Source: a virus
Virus record (IMG/VR): IMGVR_UViG_3300045988_088058
Coordinates: 1 to 56,846 of that record
Length of the DNA: 56,846 bases
Strand: one strand, 5' to 3'
Under the pieces are notes generated by a model. The model searched no databases, was not told the origin of the DNA, and saw nothing but the letters and a program-made list of their open reading frames with translations. A program made the position numbers and the translations under genes. The stretch's first letter is position 1. Each line of letters starts with the position of its first letter. Shown here in pieces: positions 1 to 9,217 of this stretch.

Positions 1-28
1 AAAAAAAAATAATCAGGAATTTTCCTGA
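1..28 (-). terminator. Rho-independent terminator downstream of the VUT-like gene
   Basis: TCAGGAA-tt-TTCCTGA stem with a 9-A run on + (U tract on -). Copied at 56792-56819 by contig end overlap. Confidence 0.75.
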
Positions 29-562
29 CTACTTTTTCAAAAGTCTCGAAGCAATTGATTGCAAAATGAACTGAACAAAAACTTGGCCTAAAACAGCTGA
101 AGGAATGTCTATATATGCAACTGTTCCAATTCCAAGAGGACTCAATCCTAACGCAATCCAAATAGTTGCATCTATAATAGAACCTATATTGCTTGATAAA
201 GCATTTGCAATCTTCGAGTCGTATTTATTAGACAATCTATTAAATATGAAGACGCTTGCCTTTTGGCCTATCCAAAATGCAACTCCAGAAGCCACGACAA
301 GCGATTGTGGCAGGCTTTGCATTAAGCAAATCAACGAAGTAAGGAATAACCCTACCCATATCAAAGAACCTGTAAATTTTGGCTTCTCGTACTTGCTTAT
401 TAAGTTTATAAGCAGGAAAGTGAATCCCATAAACCAACTGCTAGGAGGAATTAAAATTCCTTTCACATTTAAAGGCTCGAAGTAGATTGTCACAAGATTT
501 GCAATAACGACTAGAGCTATATATGCCACTGAATAAATTTTAGATTTCAATTTCTTCACCAT
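29..562 (-). CDS. VUT/YhhQ-like family membrane transporter, candidate queuosine-precursor transporter
   Basis: Multi-TM 177 aa. Segment ASGVAFWIGQKASVFIFNRLS...ALSSNIGSIIDATIWIALG resembles YhhQ (GQ..D..VFNRL...FGN..D). Overlaps the polA end. Confidence 0.7.
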   Translation of the reverse strand: MVKKLKSKIYSVAYIALVVIANLVTIYFEPLNVKGILIPPSSWFMGFTFLLINLISKYEKPKFTGSLIWVGLFLTSLICLMQSLPQSLVVASGVAFWIGQKASVFIFNRLSNKYDSKIANALSSNIGSIIDATIWIALGLSPLGIGTVAYIDIPSAVLGQVFVQFILQSIASRLLKK

Positions 563-2879
563 ACCATCTTTCTACTATACTAGGGTCACATTTCATTGGG
601 AGACTAATAATGTCCTTGGCTGCTTCAATCATAACTTCCGTCAAACGCTCTGCTCCCCGCTTCGCATTCTTAATAGGAACTTCACCTAATAACTCGTCAT
701 GTACTGGAATCATTAAGTGAAACCCTAATTCTTTGAGTTCTGGATCATTGTGTACCTTAATCATTGCATACTTAGTCATGTCAGCAGCAGTTCCTTGAAT
801 GACGGAGTTCAAACATTGACGCTGAGCATCTGCTATTTTTCCTCCATTGTCGCGAATAAGAATGCCTTCAGCTTTCGCCTCGTCCTTAATTTCCTGCTTC
901 TTCTTAAATCCCCAAGCTCTATCAAGCTGGGCCCAATATTTTTCAATAATATATTCAGGAACAGTATCATCCATCTGCTGGTCATTGTCAAAGTTAAATG
1001 GGTCAAAGTCTTCGTTCTTGCTAGCGTCAATATACTCGAACTCATATTCAGGCAAGCTCATGTCAGGAAGTCGTCTTCTTCGACCTGTCGCCGTTTGAAC
1101 ATATCCCACGTCTTGCGCCTGTTGCTGAACGAATATGATATAGTCAGCTACCTTAGGAAACTCACTAAAGAAATCTTCGATGACCTTATTCGCTTCCTTG
1201 ACAGAAACATTCATTTGCTCTGCAATTGAATTGGCTCCACGACCATACATAAGACCTAAAAGAACGGACTTGACTGAATTTCTTCGAAGCTTCCCTTGCT
1301 TGTTAGTTGTTCCGTCAGGATAGAATTCAAGACACTCTTCATAAGGAACTCCGTAAAGTTTCGAACCAATAACGGAGTAAAGGTCTAGGTTTTCTTCATA
1401 AGCATGACGCATACTCTCATCACCACTCAATTCGGCAAGTGAACGAGGTTCCTGTTGAGAGTAGTCACTACCAATGATATAGTGTCCAGGACTTGCGGCA
1501 AATATTTGTCGAACCACTGCTCCTTCACCTCGTGACGGAATATTCTGCAAGTTAGGACCTTCACTTGACATACGTCCAGTCTTGGCTCCATACTGCTTGA
1601 ATGTAGTGTGAATTCGATTATCAGGTTTTGCAAGGTGCCGGTCGAGAGTTGTATAGGTCGAAACTAATTTTGCATATTTTCTATATTTCAAGAGAGCTTT
1701 TGAAATGTCATTGTCGAAGTGCTCAATTATGCTTTCACCTGTTCCTCTAGGTTTATCCTTTTCAGGACTCTTCAATCCCATGATGTCATAAAATAGGATT
1801 GCTAATTGAGTAGGACTGGAAATACTTACCGTCACTCGACCTCTTGCGTCCATTTCGAGTTTTTGATAGTTTTGGAAATTAGTTTGTCGAAGTTCTTCGA
1901 TTTCAGGTTGCCACTCGCTGACAAGCTGTTGAAATTCCGTCTCAGCTTCGTTCATCTTAGTAGTAAACTGTTCCCTAATTTCATTCAACTTATTCTGGTC
2001 TAAATCAACTCCGTAGATTTCCATGTCGAAAAGAACTTTAATCAACGGCATTTCAATATTATGCAGAACCCAAGAAACTTTTTCTAAGTTATATTCTGAG
2101 CATTGTTCAGTTCCTGGAGTCAAGTATTGTTTTTGAAACTCATAAAGTTCGAAAGTTTGCAAAGGGTCATAGGCCGCATACATATATGCAACATCCGGAG
2201 GAATTAAACTAAAAGGAATGCCTTTGAACAAGTCATTGAATTTAGCAACCTCTGCGTTTTCTTCATTTCGAACATATTTAGAATGAAGACTTTTCAAGCT
2301 GTGAGACTCGTTTTCATTTAAAAGCATTGAGGCTAAATAAGTATCCCATTCAGGCTCACTCATCTTGACGCCAAGTCGCCAATAAATCGATTTCATATCA
2401 AATTTCGAGTTGTGGTAGATAATAGGAATTCCTGAATCTACAATTCGTTGAAGCATTTTCTTCATAAACTCAGGAGAAATTTGATTCTTAATTCGCATCT
2501 TCGTCATATTGCTAACATGATTGACAGGTGCATAAATTCCTTTTTGACTAGGCGAATAAAGGCATACTCCAGCAATCTCGTCGTGAATAGTATCAAGGCC
2601 GTCAGTTTCCACGTCAATAGAACCTATTCCATCTTCAATCATGTTTTGAACATACTGCTCAAACTGAGCTTCATCAGTAACTAGTCCCAGCCTATGAAGA
2701 ACATGTCCAAGAATACGGTTCGAAAGAGTACGAGCTCTAGCAACTGCGTCCTTTAGAGCATTACCTGAAATATAAGTCACTTCAACTGCAGGCTTCCTAT
2801 TTTTTCTTTGTGCAAGTAATTGAGCATCGTTTTTCTTACTTGAACGAGGCTTTGCACCAAAAAGTCCTTTTTGAGACAT
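540..2879 (-). CDS. polA: DNA polymerase I family (3'-5' exonuclease plus polymerase)
   Basis: DVETDGLDTIHDEIAG exo motif; GRMSSEGPNLQNIPSR, DYSQQEPRSLAELSGD, QGTAADMTKYAMI, PVHDELLGEVP polymerase motifs. Confidence 0.97.
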   Translation of the reverse strand: MSQKGLFGAKPRSSKKNDAQLLAQRKNRKPAVEVTYISGNALKDAVARARTLSNRILGHVLHRLGLVTDEAQFEQYVQNMIEDGIGSIDVETDGLDTIHDEIAGVCLYSPSQKGIYAPVNHVSNMTKMRIKNQISPEFMKKMLQRIVDSGIPIIYHNSKFDMKSIYWRLGVKMSEPEWDTYLASMLLNENESHSLKSLHSKYVRNEENAEVAKFNDLFKGIPFSLIPPDVAYMYAAYDPLQTFELYEFQKQYLTPGTEQCSEYNLEKVSWVLHNIEMPLIKVLFDMEIYGVDLDQNKLNEIREQFTTKMNEAETEFQQLVSEWQPEIEELRQTNFQNYQKLEMDARGRVTVSISSPTQLAILFYDIMGLKSPEKDKPRGTGESIIEHFDNDISKALLKYRKYAKLVSTYTTLDRHLAKPDNRIHTTFKQYGAKTGRMSSEGPNLQNIPSRGEGAVVRQIFAASPGHYIIGSDYSQQEPRSLAELSGDESMRHAYEENLDLYSVIGSKLYGVPYEECLEFYPDGTTNKQGKLRRNSVKSVLLGLMYGRGANSIAEQMNVSVKEANKVIEDFFSEFPKVADYIIFVQQQAQDVGYVQTATGRRRRLPDMSLPEYEFEYIDASKNEDFDPFNFDNDQQMDDTVPEYIIEKYWAQLDRAWGFKKKQEIKDEAKAEGILIRDNGGKIADAQRQCLNSVIQGTAADMTKYAMIKVHNDPELKELGFHLMIPVHDELLGEVPIKNAKRGAERLTEVMIEAAKDIISLPMKCDPSIVERWYGEEIEI

Positions 2880-2903
2880 CTAAATTCCTTTCTTTCAAAT
2901 AGC

Positions 2904-2928
2904 TAATAAAAGAGGGCTTGCGCCCTCA
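2904..2928 (-). terminator. Hairpin and U tract between SSB and polA
   Basis: GAGGGC-loop-GCCCTC followed on the - strand by TTTTATTAG. Confidence 0.75.
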
Positions 2929-2930
2929 TG

Positions 2931-3659
2931 TTAGAATCCTCGACCTCGTGTAGGAGGAGTTCTTCGACTAACTGAAGGAGTTCTTTCAGCTGTTCGACCT
3001 TTTGAAGAATCTCGACCTGAACCACGTCTAGGAGCAGGAGCCGAACCTCTACGAGAATTAGAACGGCTTGAAGACTGCTCCTCCTGAAGAGTGAATCTCC
3101 CGTCAATTACATCGAACATTTGATCTTCGTCTAATTCTAAAATTAGAGTTCCAAGAAGTTCGCTCTTTTCAGGGAAATCATCGAGGGTAGCATTATCCTC
3201 TGGTCGCTCCGGAAGGAATTCGTAGGTAGTTCTTTGGTCACCTTTAGCCCCTGAACGAATGATTTCGAAAGGCTGAGTTACAAGGCTTCCATACTTATTG
3301 ATAAATGTAACAATTTTTTGAACATATGAACGACCGCGGTCCCATGTTTCAACTTTTCCGCTGTCATGGTTATACAGCTGAAGAAATAGTTTTTCAATAC
3401 GAGGGAACCCATTTTGGCACATTGGGCAACGATCGGGATTAACTGTCTCACCATCTTCTCCAATAGCGTTGCAATTAACATATCGTCGACGGCCATCAAT
3501 TTCTGCTTCATGCACCACAAAGTAGTCAACGTCTTCGCCCTCTGGGTCATCATATAAAAGAGTGACGATTGCGCTGTCACCGTGGTCAGCTAGTGTGAAA
3601 AATTCATTATTAGTTCCTGAACTAAATGAACCTGATTTTTGAATGGATACTCTTGCCAT
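2931..3659 (-). CDS. Phage single-stranded DNA-binding protein (SSB-like)
   Basis: MARVSIQKSG...FFTLADHGDSAIVTLLYDD, CPMC zinc-like motif, low-complexity RG-rich tail; directly upstream of polA. Confidence 0.65.
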   Translation of the reverse strand: MARVSIQKSGSFSSGTNNEFFTLADHGDSAIVTLLYDDPEGEDVDYFVVHEAEIDGRRRYVNCNAIGEDGETVNPDRCPMCQNGFPRIEKLFLQLYNHDSGKVETWDRGRSYVQKIVTFINKYGSLVTQPFEIIRSGAKGDQRTTYEFLPERPEDNATLDDFPEKSELLGTLILELDEDQMFDVIDGRFTLQEEQSSSRSNSRRGSAPAPRRGSGRDSSKGRTAERTPSVSRRTPPTRGRGF

Positions 3660-3738
3660 ATCAATTCTCCTTTTAAGTTTTTAATGATTGAAAGATTTTT
3701 GAAGTTTTTAAGGTTTCAAGGTTTGTTCTTTCATATAT

Positions 3739-3768
3739 AATATACACGAAATTCGTGCAAATTGTAAA
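3739..3768 (-). promoter_or_regulatory. Class B promoter (TTTACA-N16-TGTATATT)
   Basis: Reverse strand TTTACA / 16 nt / TGTATATTATATAT upstream of the SSB gene. Confidence 0.6.
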
Positions 3769-3772
3769 CCGA

Positions 3773-4387
3773 TTATATAAAATCTTTTAATTTATTTTTT
3801 AGCTTTTTCTTAGACTGGCTAATAGCTGCTCGGCTTACTCCAATTTCACGCGCAATTTCTGCGTCGCTGACGAGCGGTCCGTTTTGAAGTACGGACGAGA
3901 TATAAGCATATTCTGTACTAGATAACGTCATGAAATCGAGACTTGCTTCGATTTCAATTTTCCCATAATCTTCGCAGTACCCTACTGTTGACAGGATGCT
4001 GAAATCGTCATTTTCATCGCGAGAGGACTCGTTATCGAAAATGACTTCCAAATACCAGTTTCTGTTCAACGAAGGAGCATTTAGATACCTATACTCTAAT
4101 AGCACTCTATTTCGAAAAATCCTTGTAAGGTAGGTTGAGAACTTAGCGCCCTGCTCCGACTGGAACGTTGCAAGACACTTAGAGATAGTTTCGAATGCTA
4201 TGCTTTCTATATCATGTCGCGAAAGGCATTTAAACTTGCGCGCATAAGTATAGAGCATTCCGAAGTAACGCTGGTAGGTAGACGCAATTGACATGTCAGG
4301 GTCGATTTTATAGTTTTCGACACATTTGTCATCATTCCAGCATTCTCCGCCAACATAGCTGGAGACTAGTCCGTTGATTCTTTTCAT
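3773..4387 (-). CDS. Sigma-70-like factor (region 2-like and region 4 HTH)
   Basis: YARKFKCLSRHDIESIAFETISKCLATFQSEQGAKFSTYLTRIFRNRVLLEYR resembles region 2; C-terminal DAEIAREIGVSRAAISQSKKKLKNKL HTH. Confidence 0.72.
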   Translation of the reverse strand: MKRINGLVSSYVGGECWNDDKCVENYKIDPDMSIASTYQRYFGMLYTYARKFKCLSRHDIESIAFETISKCLATFQSEQGAKFSTYLTRIFRNRVLLEYRYLNAPSLNRNWYLEVIFDNESSRDENDDFSILSTVGYCEDYGKIEIEASLDFMTLSSTEYAYISSVLQNGPLVSDAEIAREIGVSRAAISQSKKKLKNKLKDFI

Positions 4388-4419
4388 TTAATATGACCTC
4401 TTTTTAATTATGTAAGTTG

Positions 4420-4448
4420 ATTATACGATAATAAGTGAATTATTACAA
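4420..4448 (-). promoter_or_regulatory. Sigma-A-like promoter (TTGTAA-N17-TATAAT)
   Basis: Reverse strand TTGTAA-17-TATAAT with the TTATCGTATAAT core shared by the class A promoters. Confidence 0.55.
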
Positions 4449-5459
4449 GACTAAATTGTTAAAATCTATCAAATCCGGTCTGTCGTTGATGTCCCACTTA
4501 TTTTCGTAGAATTCATCAGGGTAGTTTAAGAATCGAACAACCTTACTTCGTTTTAACTGCTTGTAAAGTTTTTCCTGCGCTGTCTGTCCAGCGTTATCAG
4601 GGTCGAGAGCTAGAACGATATTTCTATAAGGAAGTCTTTTAAGCAAGTTGATTTGATTTCCTCCTCCTACTCCCATAAGAGCGACTGCAGGAATTTTCAT
4701 CGACCATAACGTCAAGCAGTTGATAACGGACTCTGTAACGAAAACTTGGTTGACAGGTTTTTCAAAATAGTCTCGAAATGCTACGAGTTCATATTGTCCG
4801 TAAAGAAAATCTGTTTTAGGATCGTCTTCGCCATACTGGTGAAATTTTGAACGAACACTCCGACGATTGAAAAATACGGTTTCGCCATTTAGGTTTCTTA
4901 CAGGAAACGTGATGCAGTCGTGAAGTTTGTCGTACCCTACATCAAACATTTCAATGAGCTCGTCAGTCAGTTTCCGCTCATACATATAAGGATGAATGAA
5001 CCTGTATTTATCAAGTTCTTCTTCAGGAATAATTGAATGCTGAATTTTTTTACTAGCTCCATTTCTACGAAAGGCTTCAGGACTAACTCCGCTCCTAACT
5101 ACTTCGCTAGATGTTCCAAAGTTCCTTTTCAGCCACTGGTTTCCATAAAAGCCTCCGTCCTTTCTGCCTAATACATTAGAAATGAACTCAGTTAGGCCTG
5201 AAGTATATCCGCAAGTGAAACAGTGAACCGTTCCAGCTTCAGTGACTTTACTTCCCGAATAGGAAGGATTTCTACTCATTCCGCAAGAAGGATGTTTTTC
5301 AACCCCGCCGGCATGAAATGGGCATGAAAATTGATAGTTGCTTCCAAGTGACTTAGTTCTTCTAAAAATGAATACTCCTTCATCTTCTAGCTGTCGAGAA
5401 AGTTTTTCGATTATTAGTTCAGGAGTGGCTTCAATTTGAAGACCATTTACCTTCATCAA
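4443..5459 (-). CDS. DnaG-type DNA primase
   Basis: Zn finger CPFHAGGVEKHPSC...CFTCGY and Toprim-like VFVTESVINCLTLWS, LALDPDNAGQ. Confidence 0.92.
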   Translation of the reverse strand: MMKVNGLQIEATPELIIEKLSRQLEDEGVFIFRRTKSLGSNYQFSCPFHAGGVEKHPSCGMSRNPSYSGSKVTEAGTVHCFTCGYTSGLTEFISNVLGRKDGGFYGNQWLKRNFGTSSEVVRSGVSPEAFRRNGASKKIQHSIIPEEELDKYRFIHPYMYERKLTDELIEMFDVGYDKLHDCITFPVRNLNGETVFFNRRSVRSKFHQYGEDDPKTDFLYGQYELVAFRDYFEKPVNQVFVTESVINCLTLWSMKIPAVALMGVGGGNQINLLKRLPYRNIVLALDPDNAGQTAQEKLYKQLKRSKVVRFLNYPDEFYENKWDINDRPDLIDFNNLVL

Positions 5460-6787
5460 AATGCTTCAACTCCTTCCCGGGTTACTTTATTTCTAAGATT
5501 TGAAGTTGACCTAGATGCTTTTGCTTTCAGTGCAGAGCTTTGACCTGACTCACTTTCGCCCTCTTCTTTGAATCCAATAAGGGTATAAGTCCCAGTTTCA
5601 ACGTCCCACATGTATTCGATAATTTTTCGGTCTTCACCATATCGATTTTTAACTACTGACAATTCAAGTATGCCTGATTTCTCGTCACGCTTCATAGCGA
5701 TAACTCTACTAGCATTTTGACCTACTCCGTCACTTTCTGCTATATGTTCCAGTTCCATGCTTTCAGCGCCTTCAGTTTTAGCCGAACGTCCTGCTTGGAC
5801 ATTAAGCACAATAGGAATTCCATATTTAGCAGAAATCTTATATAGGTCCATGGTGATGTTGGCGTACTGAATACGCTTCTGCTCTCTGCTTGGGTACGAT
5901 TCACTCATAAGGGAAAGCTGGTCAATTCCTACCACGGATGGTTTATATTTAGATATCATGCTATCTAAAATTGCAGGAGTAAGATTCTTTCCGCCAATCA
6001 TGAAAGGCGTGACTACCACAAGGGAATTTTCAGCCTCAGTCATTGCTTGAATATGGTCCTCATATTTTTCGAACTGGTGTTCGTTCCATATTCCCTTGGT
6101 AATTGAATTGATGCTAACATTAGAAAGGATAGTATCAATACGAGCACCAACTTGCATTTCACTCATTTCTCCACTATATAGAAGAACATCATGTCCGTTC
6201 TTCCAAGCAGTTGCAAGCATTTTATCAATAGTCCAAGATTTCCCTTGTCCAGGTCGAGCCATTATGACAACCAAGTCCTCACCTGGAAGAAGACCACCTA
6301 ATACGTCATCCAGTAGTTCGAAACCTGTAGATATTCCAAGTCGTTCACCTTCGTGGTTTCTAATACTGTTTGCCCAGTCAAGTCGAAGATTTGCATTTCT
6401 TGCAATGTCGAGCCCGCCTATAAACTTAGAACGATTAAACAGCTCTTCAAGTTTAGGGATTATATTAGCAATTGCGACATTGCTATCCACTTGAATATCT
6501 TCAGCCGCTTCAGTTAAAATGGGCACCAGGGAATTATAAAGATGCTCCTCTTTTAGCTTGTCAATAAGATACTCATCAGTTTCGCCGATTTCAAAAAATT
6601 CAAATCCAGGAAAATGGTCTAAAATGGTTTCATCGTCCGGAACTCTTCCATAATTCGAAAAGTGACTTTGAATAAATATAAACTCGTCTAAATAATCAGT
6701 GAAGTAGTCTTGGTCAATTCCATTATTCTCTAAAATAGCTAGGCTCTTATCAACCAAGACTTTATTTAAGACTTGAAGTTGTATCAC
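5456..6787 (-). CDS. DnaB-family replicative helicase
   Basis: GEDLVVIMARPGQGKSW Walker A, VGIDQLSLM, RecA-fold C-terminal domain. Confidence 0.93.
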   Translation of the reverse strand: MIQLQVLNKVLVDKSLAILENNGIDQDYFTDYLDEFIFIQSHFSNYGRVPDDETILDHFPGFEFFEIGETDEYLIDKLKEEHLYNSLVPILTEAAEDIQVDSNVAIANIIPKLEELFNRSKFIGGLDIARNANLRLDWANSIRNHEGERLGISTGFELLDDVLGGLLPGEDLVVIMARPGQGKSWTIDKMLATAWKNGHDVLLYSGEMSEMQVGARIDTILSNVSINSITKGIWNEHQFEKYEDHIQAMTEAENSLVVVTPFMIGGKNLTPAILDSMISKYKPSVVGIDQLSLMSESYPSREQKRIQYANITMDLYKISAKYGIPIVLNVQAGRSAKTEGAESMELEHIAESDGVGQNASRVIAMKRDEKSGILELSVVKNRYGEDRKIIEYMWDVETGTYTLIGFKEEGESESGQSSALKAKASRSTSNLRNKVTREGVEAF

Positions 6788-7065
6788 TCTTCCACCTCTT
6801 TCAATTTTCCTACATGCTGTCCCTTTTCATTATAAAGAGGACTTTCTTTAGCTCCAGGGGCGCTCCCTAGCCAAGCGCCTGAGCTGTCGACAGTTAAGTA
6901 AATAGCAGATTTCTGCTTCTGCTTATAACTTTCGATTATTTCATTTTGCTTTTTCCGTTCGTCATGTCGTCCTACACAATATGCACCTATGCAGCAAATA
7001 CATAGAAAAAGAACGCACCAGAGAAGAACATTCGTAACTCCACTATATCTATGATTCAATTTCAC
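6784..7065 (-). CDS. Small single-TM protein
   Basis: N-terminal TM VTNVLLWCVLFLCICCIGAYCVG; overlaps neighbours in operon. Confidence 0.7.
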   Translation of the reverse strand: MKLNHRYSGVTNVLLWCVLFLCICCIGAYCVGRHDERKKQNEIIESYKQKQKSAIYLTVDSSGAWLGSAPGAKESPLYNEKGQHVGKLKEVEE

Positions 7066-7693
7066 TTACCTCCAATCCTCTTACATTGCTAGCCTCGAAC
7101 TCTAGGACTACTGAGGTATCGTAGATACGACTATAAAGCCTTTGGCCTAAAAGTTCAATAATTTCTTCATCTGTATAATTAGTCGTGTAGATAGTTGACA
7201 AGTTATTATCAACTCTATAATTGACAAGGTCATATAGATAAGGATATGACGCCTTTGTCAATGAGCCTCCGCCTATTTCGTCAATAACTAAAAGCTCGCA
7301 AGTTTTTAAGCGCTCAAACCGTTCGAGGAATTCTTGCATAGTTTGAAAATAATTGTAGTCGCCAAACTCAGTCAATAGTTGAGCCGACACTACGAACATT
7401 CCTTTTTCGACCATTCTTCCATCAAGAGCAGTTTCTGCTAAATAACGTTGCAATAATCGAACCGCCCAACTAGTTTTTCCATTTCCGACAGTAGTTGAAG
7501 CAATAACAATGCTAAGTCCATTTTCAACTTCTTCAACTATATTTGCTCGAACATCTTCAAGCCATTCCCAGCACTCTCTGTCAGCTTTTCTTTCGACTAA
7601 TATTTGAGGCTCGAAGTATTTTTTAGGTAGCCCACTTTTCTCGAAAAGGTCATTTAACTTTTTCTTCCATATTCTATCAGCTAAATTATTCAA
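7049..7693 (-). CDS. DnaC/DnaI-like helicase loader ATPase
   Basis: IASTTVGNGKTSWAVRLL Walker A, CELLVIDEIGGG Walker B; next to DnaB. Confidence 0.85.
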   Translation of the reverse strand: MNNLADRIWKKKLNDLFEKSGLPKKYFEPQILVERKADRECWEWLEDVRANIVEEVENGLSIVIASTTVGNGKTSWAVRLLQRYLAETALDGRMVEKGMFVVSAQLLTEFGDYNYFQTMQEFLERFERLKTCELLVIDEIGGGSLTKASYPYLYDLVNYRVDNNLSTIYTTNYTDEEIIELLGQRLYSRIYDTSVVLEFEASNVRGLEVSEIES

Positions 7694-7792
7694 CTTTTCT
7701 CCTTTAATTTATTTTTCTGATAATTATTTACTAAATTTATAGTTCAGTAGTGTGATGCATATATACCGGCCCGAAAGATTCAAGAATAAATT

Positions 7793-7822
7793 ATTTTACA
7801 CGAGTTGAACTGATTTTGTTAA
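7793..7822 (-). promoter_or_regulatory. Class B promoter (TTAACA-N16-TGTAAAAT)
   Basis: Reverse strand TTAACA-16-TGTAAAAT upstream of the helicase loader. Confidence 0.5.
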
Positions 7823-7856
7823 GCAACTTTTTAAAAATCTAAAAATAGTCTATAAA

Positions 7857-8336
7857 TTAGTAGAATCCCTCGAATTTTGAGCCTATTTTTCCTTCAAGTT
7901 CATCTAAAATCCAGGCTCTTTTAAAGGTCGAAACTGTAATAACTTTCTCAGTCAAGTTCAATCTTCTTCGAACCTTTTCATACTTGACAAAACTTTCAGC
8001 AAGAAATCGACATAATTCAATATTCGAGTCAAGGTTCAAGTATTGCTGAACCTTCTTCATAGTGGTCGAAAAGTTGAACCAGTTATAATCAATGCACTTA
8101 ATTTCGAAAATAAATTCATATTGAACTATAAAGAATGACGATACTTGTTTCATGTTCGGCTCAAAGAGTTTTCCATTAAGCGCTTCAACTATTTGAAAAT
8201 AGTCTTGCTCGATTTTAGATAGACCTGTTGACACATCCTTCCTAAATAGTGAAGAACGAGTTTTAGGTCTTTCTTTAAATGTCAACTGAATTTCATTTCT
8301 AGCACTTGACGAGCTTCCTATTCTTTGCCTTGCCAC
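7857..8336 (-). CDS. Hypothetical phage protein
   Basis: 159 aa ORF in the leftward operon; RBS-like AAGGAGGC upstream. Confidence 0.7.
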   Translation of the reverse strand: MARQRIGSSSSARNEIQLTFKERPKTRSSLFRKDVSTGLSKIEQDYFQIVEALNGKLFEPNMKQVSSFFIVQYEFIFEIKCIDYNWFNFSTTMKKVQQYLNLDSNIELCRFLAESFVKYEKVRRRLNLTEKVITVSTFKRAWILDELEGKIGSKFEGFY

Positions 8337-8456
8337 TTATTGCCTCCTTATCGTATAATATTAAGCCTCTAAAATTAACGCAGACAGTGGTTGCCTGCGA
8401 GGGTGGTATAAAGAGACGCCTTTGGTCGTAGAACCGGCGCAGCTCCTAAAAGATCG
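8337..8456. other. Structured 120-nt intergenic element
   Basis: CGCAG...CTGCG and ACGCC...GGCGC stems; + strand TTATCGTATAAT. Confidence 0.4.
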
Positions 8457-8876
8457 CTAAATTTTAGCCTTTCCAAAACGAATTCCTTCTGACACAGAAA
8501 CGATGACAGCAGGAAGAATCGTTTCCTGGTCAATTTCACCGTGATAAATCATGTCTTCGAGCAGTTTCGTGTTGATAACAGGCTTGTATTCGATAAGGCC
8601 GGAAAGTTTTTCGCACATTTCTTCAGTTTCAGCTTCGTCAACTAATTTTTCGATAATTTCTTTCAGCAGCTCTTCGTTCATAGTCGAGCGCTCAGTTTGA
8701 TAGAATGTAGCAGAAAAGTGCTTACCTTGAGCAGACTCGATGTCGTTTTCCTTCATGTACTCCTTTAGAGCGTCGCGCAAGGTTTTAACCTGCTTTTCCA
8801 TGTCGCCTTTAGTAGCGTTCAATTCACCTGCTTCCTCAATTGCTTCAAGGAACTGTTTCTCATCTTTAAATTTCAT
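8457..8876 (-). CDS. Hypothetical protein, acidic coiled-coil-like
   Basis: 139 aa ORF, tightly packed operon. Confidence 0.7.
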   Translation of the reverse strand: MKFKDEKQFLEAIEEAGELNATKGDMEKQVKTLRDALKEYMKENDIESAQGKHFSATFYQTERSTMNEELLKEIIEKLVDEAETEEMCEKLSGLIEYKPVINTKLLEDMIYHGEIDQETILPAVIVSVSEGIRFGKAKI

Positions 8877-9217
8877 TAGTTCTCCAATCCATGTTCTGCT
8901 TTAAATGCTCTTGCATCTTCTCTAATTGACTCTCGGTCAGTTTTCCCTACAAGAGTTCGAGTGTAGAATGCTAAGTCACCTCGCATTAAGTTATCCCTAA
9001 AGCGTCTCAACTTATTAACTCCTTCGTCATCCCAGTAACGTGACCCGCGATTGTCAAGGTCTGTTCTAGGATTTGGAAGAACGAACGGAAAATGAATGTT
9101 ATTTTCCTCAGCATATTCTTTTGCTTCGTACCATACATTAATCGTAGAGAGAGACCGGTTCAACATTTGACAGACCTCTCCTACTTTATACCAATTTTTA
9201 TCTTCTGCGAATTTCAT
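8876..9217 (-). CDS. MerR-like HTH protein
   Basis: YKVGEVCQMLNRSLSTINVWYE...SRYWDDEGVNKLRRFRDN. Confidence 0.65.
   Translation of the reverse strand: MKFAEDKNWYKVGEVCQMLNRSLSTINVWYEAKEYAEENNIHFPFVLPNPRTDLDNRGSRYWDDEGVNKLRRFRDNLMRGDLAFYTRTLVGKTDRESIREDARAFKAEHGLEN

Noticed and set aside
1-55. Direct terminal repeats as a packaging feature
   Set aside because: 55 bp is too short for typical DTR phages and fits an assembler overlap better; not decidable from sequence alone.
105-1229. + strand ORFs at 105-485 and 750-1229 inside the VUT-like and polA genes
   Set aside because: Antisense to confidently identified genes and no recognisable product.
8337-8456. tRNA gene in the structured gap
   Set aside because: No cloverleaf, no anticodon arm and no proper T-loop could be drawn; GGTTCTACGACC only superficially resembles a T arm.
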